Shown here piece by piece: positions 23,690 to 34,800 of a stretch of DNA of 36,181 bases. Origin of the DNA: Octopus bimaculoides (lineage: Eukaryota); contig NC_069003.1 in NCBI RefSeq assembly GCF_001194135.2, positions 28,043,286 through 28,079,466 of the forward strand, written 5' to 3'. The stretch's first letter is position 1, and the number at the start of each line of letters is the position of its first letter. Below the pieces are notes generated by a model. It searched no databases. It was not told the origin of the DNA and worked only from the letters and a program-made list of their open reading frames with translations. The position numbers and the translations under genes are program-made.

Positions 23690-23840
23690 AGAAGTTAAAT
23701 CGATTACATCAACCTCAGTGTTCAACTGGTACTTATTTCATTGACTCCAAAAGGATGAAAGCAAAGTCAACTTCACCAGAATTTGAACTCAGAATGTGTC
23801 AGGACAGAAAGAATACAGCTGAACATTTTGTCAGCATATT
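23690..23840 (-). mobile_element. Family B SINE fragment
   Basis: CAACTGGTACTTATTT...GGATGAAAGCAAAGTCAAC...GAATTTGAACTCAGAA. Confidence 0.8.
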
Positions 23841-24009
23841 GAGTACTTTTGGGACCAAACCAAGGTTCACTTTACAAATCAGTCATCTGTGGCTACAGAC
23901 AATGTTGGCAGATGAAAATTTCCATTTCTTTGTATCAACAACTTTTCAATTAGATTTGGTATGAAAATATTAATTAACCTGCATCATAAAGACTGGTTTC
24001 ACTTTTCAA

Positions 24010-24310
24010 ACTAAAAAATACTTCAATTCAAACAAGTTGTTAACTCTCTGTGAATTTGAAATGAGACCATAGTGACGTATTGCTCTCATGTTTGAGATAC
24101 TGCTGCTACTATAAATACAGGTATCCTAGACCACATCCAAAGTATTCTCTCCAACTGATTCACTGAAACCACTCACCACCACGCACCAACCTATAATTCA
24201 CAGACGTACTATTTGTTTCTATTACAGTGGTCTTTGCTTATCAGAGTTGGATAATTTCATGCCTCCTCTATTGAGACACTCCCACCTCACTTGACCCTTC
24301 TCCCCATGCT
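24010..24310 (+). mobile_element. CR1/L2-clade LINE, C-terminal RT region, decayed
   Basis: KYFNSNKLLTL..MRP..YCSHV*...ILDHIQ..SLKPL...HRR..FYYSGLCLSELDNFMPP; matches the RP..EYCSHVW / LDRIQ / HRR...FY.YY.G.C..EL consensus. Confidence 0.7.
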
Positions 24311-25644
24311 CTGCTGTAACCACTGTTTCAGGTCCTTCCACCTTTAGAACATAAACCTATATTTTACCTGCAGATGTCAACTTGCAGGTGTCGTAGTAGG
24401 ATGTTAGTTGCATTGAGCTCACCAGTCTTGCTATGAACACTGCCCCCTCCCCAACAGCTATGGACTCTGCACACTCTTCCAGACCAAACCAAGAAATGAA
24501 AGCAAAACTAGATTCTTTCATGATTGTCATAACATTGAGAAAACTGTTTCTCCTCTCTTCAAAACCAGAAAATAATTTAGCCTTGCTCAGTAGGAGACCC
24601 TCCGAGGAAATGCATCTCACAATGAAGTAGTGCTTATATATGATGATAAGATACAGTATAAAGGATAGTATTGCAGTACATCTCATCCATTTGACTTTTA
24701 AAAATGCCACAGTGATTCAGGTTGATTGCCTTTCCTCCAACATTTAATGCCACTTGATCCCATATCCCTATTTCTCCAGTCATTCCTCAGCAAATCTGCA
24801 AGCTATGTATTTGTGGATGGTCACAGAAGCTCTAATTGAATATTAATCATATTGATTGCAATAGCTTAGGAAGAACAATAAAGTTAATGTACACTGGTCA
24901 TTCCCTCTCCCTAATTAATAAAAATAAATATGGTGTTTGGGGATGGAAATGGTTAGTATCAGTGACAGGGTAAATAACTTGAAACGTATGACTAATATAC
25001 AAGTTGACTATTTTCTGTGTCGTGACTTTAAACATTCACTATATTCGATGTTGTGACTATAGATATCTAGAAGTTTTGCTTGCTGATGTTGATCTTTTTT
25101 TCAACAGTTCTTCGAATGCGTTCCTTCAATATTTTCTCTCTTTTTTTCACTAATATTTTTAAGCAGAGTTGTGTCCCATGCTTTTGTTGAATCGAATAAA
25201 GAATTGTTCAACAACGATTATCTCTCTTAGATATGCGTATAATTAACATGATCACTACATTGTATTAGCCTTTACTATTACGATATCACATTAAGTTCCC
25301 AAGTAGAAACTAATTATTCTTTAAACTTAGTTGATTAAAAAGAAAACCAGATATCAAACTTATTTTCACAATTTATCTCCAACTGAAATGCTGTCATCAC
25401 CACCCATTTAGCCAACGAATTATGTTTGTTTGTGAGAGGACGTCTTGTAGGGTGGGGGATATTAAGTTTACTATTTCAGTATTTTTGTTTGAAGATCTTA
25501 ACTTCAGTCTACATTATATACGATTTGGTAAATCTATAATTGTTACTACTACTATGATCAAATTCATGTGAATAACTAACTCAGTATTACGAAGCAGTAT
25601 CAAACTATTAGAATGGAAGTTGCAAATTTGCTTAAGATAAAATA

Positions 25645-25826
25645 TTTCTGCAGTTTAACAGTTGGAAGAAGGCAGTCTGGTTCGAATGCTTCTTTTGACT
25701 GAGTCCACACGTATACTCGGCTGGTGGTCGGAAAAAGGTAAAGGATGACTCGTCCAAGAAAATAACATTCTTCTACTGCTCTAGGGACCAATTCTATAGG
25801 TTTTTACTCCACTCTAAACGCTTTCC
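25645..25826 (-). mobile_element. Tc1 transposase fragment (start of the DDE domain)
   Basis: KRLEWSKNL*NWSLEQ*KNVIFLDESSF, then frameshift to SRVYVWTQSKEAFEPDCLLPTVK; matches Tc1 W..V.FSDES.F...VWR...EA..P.CL.PTVK. Confidence 0.85.
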
Positions 25827-26077
25827 AAAAAGAAAAAAGAAAACAATTACATTTCCTTGTAATTAAACAGTAAGCAATAAGATCATGCAAAATACTTGGC
25901 ATCATTGGTAAGTTCCAGTAACAAGTCGTGCTGGTTAATGTCCTAAAATTGATTTTCAGTTAAATTATGTGTTCGTTATGTATTGTTTTAAAATGACTTA
26001 ATTGATTTTTTTTTCTCTTTTATTTTGTGTTTCTCATTCCAGATTTGTCGGTAAATCCAGATTATAGTGCTCAGACA

Positions 26078-26581
26078 ATGTCTGGAATAATAGAAGTGAA
26101 ACCACAGACCTACAATCATCGGTTGCTGCAACCACCACCAAAGCAGAACACAGAACATTACCCCTTTCAGCAGAGAAATAGGCAGCCATTTAATGAAGAT
26201 GACAAGCAACAACAGCAACAAACACATACAGCTACGTTAGAACAAATACAACAAGAAAAAAACAAACTAGAACAAGAACCACCATTATTGCCACTCAATC
26301 CATTTTATATGTATCAACAACAAAAACAAAATGAATTGTTACAGTGTACTTTATATGAACAAGAGCAACAAAAACAAAAACAATCATATCTTCCTCAACA
26401 ACCACCACAAAAACAATTGCAGCTACAAAAACAACCACAATCACAATCACAAAAGCAAAAACACTTCAGATTACAACAGCAACAACAGAAAGATACATAC
26501 AGAGGTGGTACAGAATTGGACTCTTGTGGCATCCAGCTTTTAGATGTCAATGAACTTCAGAGCCAAAGTTCTTGTCTTTGA
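26078..26581 (+). CDS. Glutamine-rich, low-complexity coding exon of an unknown gene
   Basis: Strong acceptor TTTTCTCTTTTATTTTGTGTTTCTCATTCCAG at 26042; ATG at 26078; 167 open codons to TGA; candidate upstream donor GTAAGT at 25908. Confidence 0.55.
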   Translation: MSGIIEVKPQTYNHRLLQPPPKQNTEHYPFQQRNRQPFNEDDKQQQQQTHTATLEQIQQEKNKLEQEPPLLPLNPFYMYQQQKQNELLQCTLYEQEQQKQKQSYLPQQPPQKQLQLQKQPQSQSQKQKHFRLQQQQQKDTYRGGTELDSCGIQLLDVNELQSQSSCL

Positions 26582-27303
26582 ATTCAAGTTGTAAACATTG
26601 GGTCGCTCTAAATGTCACAATCTATGTATTAGGGGTCGAAACAGAACCAAAATGATAATTGAGGGGAGTCTATTAAATATATTGAAACATGTTCTGTGAA
26701 ACGTGTGCGAGTGAATGTGTGTGTGTGTGCGTGCGCATGAGTGTGTGTATGGACATATCTGTGTGTGTGTGGGTGTATGTATGTGTATATATATATATAT
26801 ATATATCTGTGTGTGTATGTGTGCACATGCATATATAAACATGTGTGGCATGTGTACAGATATATTATTTGAATATCAAGGATCAAACTGAAGACAAAGA
26901 ATAGAATTTCTAGTACTTCCATTCCTACGTCATTATATTGTTGGTAACTGGCAGTCAACATATCTTTGTCTGTGATGGTGTATGGAGAACTTATCTCACC
27001 CACTGACCTCATCGTGGTGTGTCTGAGTGGTTTGCGACATAGCACTGTTCGTCTTTTGCACACTAAATATACTGTATGAACAACAATGAAGGTAGCTATT
27101 TGTTGTGATAATATTGAGTAACACAGATCTTGTATGTGTGTGATGTAAGTATTAAATATTAACTACAATACTGGTTGTTAAAGAGAAACTTTTGGTAGCT
27201 AATAGCAAAGAATATTCACATTTGAAAGAAAGAATTGAAATATAGAGAAGCATTGAAAAAGAAAACAAAATTGAATATGATTTTTTTTTTTTTTTTGTCA
27301 CAG

Positions 27304-27425
27304 AGGAATGTGTAACAAATCTATAACTGAAGATAGAATCATGAGAACACCAGTTAGTATCTTTTGTGAAGAGCACTTGTATTTCATCAAAGAAATGTTT
27401 AAGTCAAATGTAAAAACACTTATAT
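27304..27425 (+). CDS. Candidate exon (xGMCNKSITEDRIMRTPVSIFCEEHLYFIKEMFKSNVKTLI)
   Basis: Acceptor (T)nGTCACAG, donor GTAAGT at 27426, one open frame. Confidence 0.3.
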
Positions 27426-27455
27426 GTAAGTCTACAGCATTTATGTGTCTCCACA

Positions 27456-27486
<31 letters not shown>

Positions 27487-27565
27487 CTGTTCTTTCACCA
27501 AATATTCTTCACAAGTACTGAAGTTTTCAAGTTTCTGTCTTCAGCTCTAAACTTACGAGACAAAA

Positions 27566-27676
<111 letters not shown>

Positions 27677-27844
27677 AAATACATGCATACACACACATTC
27701 ATACAGGCAACATACATAAGCACAAACACACACATATATATAAACAAAACCCAGTACAGGAGTATATATAATTTTTATTATTTTTAATCTCTGCATAAAT
27801 TACCAAAGTCACTCAAAGCCTGAGTTCCATACACACACACACAC

Positions 27845-27875
<31 letters not shown>

Positions 27876-27929
27876 CAATCACATATGTATGTATATACAC
27901 ATACACAAAAATAAACATATGTTTTCATG

Positions 27930-30467
27930 TGTGATAATGTGTTTGCAAGAAATGTAATGGTGAAAAATTTTGTTATTAATTATGGTTTGTCTTTTAATTG
28001 CTAGTCACATAACATCATTTAAGTAATACACTAAGGAGTGAGGAATGGAGTATACAGGTCAGACAACTCAGGCATGACATCAACATCTTAAGTGACATAG
28101 GTAAGCATCTAAGCATGGCAGAGATCAGTGTGCATATGAAGATTTTAGAGAGCATAGAGGTAGATTTGGAAAGTGTAAGGATACAAGCCACACAGCCACA
28201 GTGAAAGGGTAATGTGACAAAGTCAAGGAACATACTTGGAATGTGAGAAGGGCTTAAAAATTACTGTATACTGAGAAGGAATATTGTAAGTGTTAGGTTT
28301 TGTCTATATTTCAGAAAAAAATATTATTGAGTTTATGCATTAGTAATTTAACAGGTCTTTTTACATTTTTAACTGACTAATTTTTGCAATTGGTTAATGT
28401 GACCATTTAACATTCAGATTATTTCATGAAATGTAATTCTTATTTATTCACACTGTTTTGACTTAATCGTGCATTATCTCGTAGGTTCAAAATTTTGATG
28501 ATGTGATTGCATACAAGAGGCTGGCTCTGGCTGGTTTCAATATAAAATAGGTAGAGTATTTGAGCCAGATATGGCTGGTTTAAACACTAAAGGGCTAATA
28601 CGGCTTGGAGAAAGGCAAGTAGAATCAGATTGAATACATGGTAGTACTTTTGTTCGAAAATCTAATAAAATTTATTCCAGCATGATAATTAACAATAAGA
28701 AAATACTTAATCTTTTGCCAGTAAGAGCTAAAGGTAAGAACATACATGTTCTATTACTAGGCTCATTTACTGGTTGTTTAATTATAACAAATATTTGTCC
28801 AAAATAGGCCTGTGAGATTTCACAGAGGTCTGTCTCAACAGTACGATTACACTGAGTCTGATTTCTGCCACCATGCAGCAGGATATATTTATACAGATGA
28901 TTTGAATGTTATCTTAAATGAGAACTTTAGATGGCTATTGGAGGAGGATATCAAATACATGGAGCCTGGTGAGATAAGTAGGAATAAATTGGTGGAGATA
29001 ATCCTAGGATCAGTTGACACTTTTGTGGTTAATTTAAGTCACAAATACAAGGATAAAAAAAGAAAGTTTTTGATGGTTGTAGAAAGCAAGTGACTAAATT
29101 AAATTTGGAGTGAACTAGAAAGTTGGTTTGGATCATAAGAGAGGAGTCAATTTTGGGTGAACATGATGTAAAGAAATATATTGATGCATTGTGAGAGAAA
29201 TCCATTGTAGTACCAGCAGATCAGGCAGCCAGCAGGTAACTTTGTGATTGTATGTAAGAAATACTATATAATGAGGCTAGGTAAAGGTTAGGATTAAGGA
29301 GTGACTTTAATAGTTATGTATGTAGTAGTAGTTGAGAGTATGAGGAGTTTATAGGGAAGTTAATCCATGAGATGGAAAGGTTAAATGACTTTTATGTGGT
29401 GGAGGAGGACAAACATATTTCCTAAGTTTTTTTGGGGGGGGGCTCCTTAATTGCATAAGGTCCCGAGTAGGCTTATTGCAGAAGCTAGGAAATATATCAA
29501 TAAAAAACTGTCTATTTTAGTTAATGGAACATTGAATGCTATTAGACCAGACTTCGTGAAGTACAAAGAAATTTATTATAATTTAGGTGTTAGCATATTC
29601 TGGAGTATTAAGTTCAGGAAAGAGATTTAGATAGACTTTAAAATGTTTTGAAGTATGCATGTGTCTAATTTTTCTACACTGATTCTAGATTTGAAATGGT
29701 AGAGGAAGGGATTTGAAGAATATTTATAGGTTTGGTAAGGATTCTAAATATATCATCATCGAAAATGGTCATGGTTTTCTATCCAGGATTAGGTGTAATG
29801 ATTTTAACGAATTTATCTAAAGAGAAAATTAAAGGAAATGGTTAAGCTTTATTATTAAAAATGCATATATTACTTTTGTTTTTAGGATATTCATACAAGT
29901 TAAAGGCATTCCTATGGGTTGTTACTGTAACCCTTTGTTAGCAGACACATGTTTATTTTCATGCAAATTGAGTTTACTCAGTGATTTATGTCAATGGAAC
30001 ACGGTAAGTTTAGTTTAAACTGCTTAGTTGCTGTTGCAATCAGCTAATATTTTTATCACTAATCACAATTTTTTGAAAATTTACTTGAAAAAATATACTC
30101 TGGAGATCTTGTTGCTTATAAAACGGGGTCATAGTGAATAAAGTTAATTATTTAGACATAACAGTAGTTTGTATTAATAATAAAGTTGTAGCTAATATTA
30201 CTAATAGCTTTGATTTTGATATAGTGTCTATTCCCTTGGTAATGATCTGAATTTCATTAGAAAGACAAGTTAGAACATGTTCTGCAGTCAGGTTATAAGG
30301 TATGATGGAATGATAAATAATGTGGGTTTATTTATAAAGTCAAATTATTGAAGAAGCTTTTGGGAAAATGTGGTTATGTAAATAAGCAGCTGATTAAAAA
30401 TTTCACTTGTTGTTTGAGGAGACATGATATTTTAAAATTTTGGTGTAATTTCAAGCTTGTAACTTAA
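27930..30467 (+). mobile_element. Decayed Penelope-like retroelement ORF with GIY-YIG endonuclease upstream of RT (Naiad-type architecture)
   Basis: EN: SFNC*SHNII*VIH..*GMEYTGQTTQA*HQHLK*HR (27990-28101). Linker and RT: LFNYNK, GYIYTDDL..KYMEP, IVVPADQA..NFVIVCKKYY, P*LHKVP, NFSTL, QVKGIPMGCYCNPLLAD (GIPMG at 29905), NYLDI, RQVRTCS, KLLGKCGY; stop at 30465. Many stops and frameshifts. Confidence 0.85.
28403..28594. mobile_element. piggyBac-type MITE inserted between the EN and RT parts of the Penelope-like element
   Basis: CCATTTAACATTCAGATT ... ACACTAAAGGG|CTAA; internally deleted relative to 18470-18690. Confidence 0.75.
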
Positions 30468-31424
30468 TGAAAAATATTTGAAATGAGTAACTTCACTTCT
30501 TTGTGCTGATATTAAGTACTGATGTTTGATCAGCTTGCGTTCTAAAGCTGCTGTATTTCGAGGGGTTTTGTGTGTGATCAGGTCCTGTCATGTACACCAT
30601 CACTTCTGTTAGGGTGGTTCTTTCTGGACTTCCATTTGCAAGTTTCAATTGGTCTTGCATGAGTTGAGATAGGCTGTATATCTAGATTCTTCTTGATTTG
30701 GTACCATGTAAGAGCTTTCTTTATTATATATGTGAGAAGTTGTTTCATGTTAATGGAGGTATGTTGTTCTTTTGGTTATATTTTCCATATAACTCATGTG
30801 TATGTTTAGTAACTTATCTAACTAATTTTTTGTTAAGTAACTTTTGTTCGATACATTTAATTTATTTTTAATTATGTTATAGTTCTTTAGGTGACAATGT
30901 CTGTTTAGTTTCTTTTCTTTAATTTAATTAGATTATAAAGTAAACAGCTGCAGTTCTGAGAGATTTTTTCGTATTATTTGAGAGTTATATGTTGCCATTT
31001 ATAAGGGAATCTTTTTTCTTAGTCTGAAAGGTATGTTAACCTTTTGAATATTTTTACCTTATCTAATTGATTTAGTAATTTCAATTTGCTATATTTAGTT
31101 AATTTTTATGTTTTACACTTCTTTAGGTGGCAATGTCCATTTTAGTTTATTTTTATTTTATTTAATCAATATTTAATGGCTATATTCTGTAATGGCTCAT
31201 ATGTTTTTATTCTTTTATCGTTCATTAAGTGGAGATGCCCCTCCCTTCATTATGGTCTTTTTGTATGTTTATATTTGTGCTTAGTAACCTTAAGCAAGTG
31301 TCACCTCAATGAGCACATTGAACTTATGCCTGACCCCTGTCTTGGGTCTATCATTCCTAAGTCATATATTTTTGATGCTGTTGGATTGATTGGTGCCCAG
31401 GTGTCAAAACCATACTGATTTCTG

Positions 31425-31470
31425 ATAGGCAGCTGACTATGGGATGTCTGTGTTTCAAATGTTTGACTAT
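31425..31470 (+). ncRNA. Heavily decayed hammerhead-like motif 3' of the Penelope-like ORF
   Basis: Stem I ATAGGCAG / TTGACTAT (1 mismatch); core CTGACTA (vs CTGANGA); stem II GGGA/TTTC; CAAATGTT vs CGAAACGTT. Confidence 0.3.
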
Positions 31471-31781
31471 TTGTATATGTTTTTTACTGTGAGCTTTTTT
31501 GTAACTTATATCCTCATCATTTCAATGTCATCATTTATTTTGATCCTCTTCATATTGGCTGGGTTCTTCTATTGTTTTGAACTGGTCTGAGTGCAGTTTT
31601 AGCTCGCTTCATAAGTTAATTGATTATAGGACATGGATGATAAGAATTTGTTGTTGATTAGGTTTCGGTTCTTAATATTTTAATGTGTGTCAGTTTGTTG
31701 GGGTTTTGCAAATTTGTTTTTATCGTTAATACTAACCATATTTGTTGTGATTTTGTTGCACTTACACACACACACACACAC

Positions 31782-31882
31782 NNNNNNNNNNNNNNNNNNN
31801 NNNNNNNNNNNNNNNNNNNNNNNNNNNNNNNNNNNNNNNNNNNNNNNNNNNNNNNNNNNNNNNNNNNNNNNNNNNNNNNNNC
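31782..31882. other. Scaffold gap, about 100 N, true size unknown
   Basis: N run. Confidence 1.
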
Positions 31883-31889
31883 CTTTTAT

Positions 31890-34800
31890 TAGTTGCTTCG
31901 TTCTCTCGTTCGTTCCTTCGTCCGTTTGTTCGTACATACGCATCTACGTACGTACACACGTACGTACGCAGGTACGGACGAACATCGTACGAACATACAT
32001 ACGCACGTCATACGTACGTACGTTCCTTCATTCGTACGTTCCTACTTTCGGACGTATGTACGCACGTTCCTTTGTTTCCTCGATCGTTCGTACGTTTGTT
32101 TCTTCGTACGTACGCACTCTCGTTCTTTCCTTCGTTCGTACATACGTTCTTGCATTCGTTCGTTCGTACATTCAATCGTTAGTNNNNNNNNNNTCGTTCG
32201 TTCGCTCGTTTATTCATTTCGTTTCTTCGTTTGTTCGTTCGTATGTTCGTACGTTCGTTCTTTCGTCCGCACGTACGTTATGTTCGTTCGTACCTACGAA
32301 CGTTATTACGATCGTTCGTTCGTTCTTTCGATCGTTCGTGCGTACTTACTTACGTACATTCTTTCGTTCGTTCGTACATACGTTCTTGCATTCGTTCGTT
32401 CGTACGTTCAATCGTTAGTTCCTTCGTTCGTTCGCTCGTTTATTCATTTCGTTTCTTCGTTTGTTCGTTCGTATGTACGTACGATCGTTCGTTCTTACGT
32501 ACGTACGTTCATTCTATCGTTCGTTCCTTCGATCGTTTGGTCGTTCGTTCGTACATATGTAGGCACGTTCGTTCGTACGTACGTACTTACGTTCGTTCAT
32601 TCCTTCATTCTTACATATGAACGTACGTACAAACGTACCTTCGTTTGTTCGTTTCTTCGTACGTACACACGTACGTTCTTTCGTTCTTTAGTTCCTTCGT
32701 TGTTTCGCTAGTTCGTTCCTTCGTATGTACGTTCGTTTGTACGTTCTTACGCACATACGCAAGTACGAACAACGTAAGCACGTACGTTCTTTCGTTAGTT
32801 CGTTCCTATGTACGTACGTACGTTCGTTCGTTCTTTCGTTCATTCCTTCGATTGTTCTGTCGTTCGTTCGAACTACGTACGTTCATTTGTTTGTTCGTTC
32901 GATCTTTCTTTCGTTCACAAGTGCGTACGTTCGTTCATAAGTGCGTACGTTCGTTCGTTCGTGCCTTCGATTGTTCTGTCGTTCGTTCGAACTACGTACG
33001 TTCATTTGTTTGTTCGTTCGATCTTTCTTTCGTTCACAAGTGCGTAAGTTCGTTCACAAGTGCGTACGTTCGTTCATTCTAATGTACGTACTACGTACGT
33101 TCGTTCTTACGTACCTACGTTCGTTCGTTTATTCATTTCGTTTCTTCTTTCATTCATTCGTTTGTTCGCATCTACGTACGCTCGTTCGTTCTTACGTACG
33201 TACGTACGATTGTTCGTTCCTACGTACGTACGTTTGTTCTTTCGTACGTATTTACGTTCGTTCATTCCTTCATTCTTACGTATGAACGTACGTACAAACG
33301 TACCTTCGTTTTTCGTTGTGTCGTTCGTTTGTTCGTTTCTTCGTACCTACACACATACGTTCTTTCGTTCGGTCGTCCGTTAGATCTTTCGTTCTTTCGC
33401 TAATTCGTTCGTTTGTATTTACGTTCATTTGTACGTTCTTACGTACATATGTAAGTACGAACGTACGTAAGTTGGTTCGTTCGCTCGTATGTACGTACGT
33501 TCATTGTTTCGTTCGGACGTACGTACGTTCATTGTTTCGTTCGGACGTACGCACGTTCGCTCGGACGTACGTACGTTCGTTTGTTCGTTCCATCTTTCTT
33601 TCGTTCACAAGTGCGTACGTTTGTTCGTTATTTCGTTTGTTCATTCTAATGTACGTGCTACGTACGCTCGTTTGTTCGTTCGTACGTACCTACGTCCGGA
33701 CGTTCGTACATACGTACGGACGTATGTACGCACGTTCCTTAATTCGCTCGATCGTACGTACGTACGTTCTTTCGATCGGTCGTTCGTTCGATCTTTCCTT
33801 CGTTCGTTAGTCCGTTCCTTCGTATGTACGTTCGTACGTACATACGTAAGTACGTCCGTTCGTATGTACGTACGTAAGTACGATTGCTCGTTCTTTTCTT
33901 CGGTCGTTCGTTCGCAGGCACGTACGTTCATTCGTACCTCCGTCCGCAATTACGATCGTTCGGTCGTAATTACGTACGTACATAGGTCGTTTTTTCGTAC
34001 GTACTTACGTTCGTTCATTCCTTCATTCTTACGTATGAACGTACGTACAAACGTACCTTCGTTTGTTCGTTGTGTCGTTTCTTCGTACGTACACACGTAC
34101 GTTCTTTAGTTCTTTCGCTAGTTGGCTCCTTCGTATGTACGTTCGTTTGTACGTACGTTTGTTCTTTCGTACGTATTTACGTTCGTTCATTCCTTCATTC
34201 TTACGTATGAACGTACGTACAAACGTACCTTCGTTTTTCGTTGTGTCGTTCGTTCGTTCGTTTCTTCGTACCTACACACGTACGTTCTTTCGTCCGTTAG
34301 CTCTTTCGGTCTTTCGCTAGTTCGTTCGTTTGTATTTACGTTCATTTGTACGCTCTTACATACATATGTAAGTACGAACGTACGTAAGTACGTTCGTACG
34401 TACGTACGTTCGTACGTACGTACGTTCGTACGTACGTACGTAAGTACATTGTTTCGTTCGTTCCTTCGTTCGGACGAACGTTCGCTCGGACGTACGTTCG
34501 TTTGTTTGGTTGTGCGTACGTTTGTTCGTTAGTTCGTTTGTTCATTCTAATGTACGTACTACGTACGTACGTACGCTCGTTTGTTCGTTCGTACGTACCT
34601 ACGTCCGGACGTACGTTCGTTCATACGTACGGACGTATGTACGCACGTTCCATATTTCGCTCGTTCGTTCGATCTTTCCTTCGTTCGTTAGTTCGTTCCT
34701 TCGTATGTACGTTCGTACGTACATACGTAAGTACGTCCGTTCGTTCGTATGTACGTACGTAAGTACGATCGCTCGTTCTTTTGTTCTTTCCTTCGATCGA

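Noticed and set aside
25600-25791. 63-aa ORF and local CpG enrichment read as a gene start or CpG promoter
   Set aside because: Explained by a frameshifted Tc1 transposase fragment.
25988-26227. Hydrophobic minus-strand ORF (MCLLLLLLVIF...)
   Set aside because: Antisense shadow of the CAA-rich Q exon.
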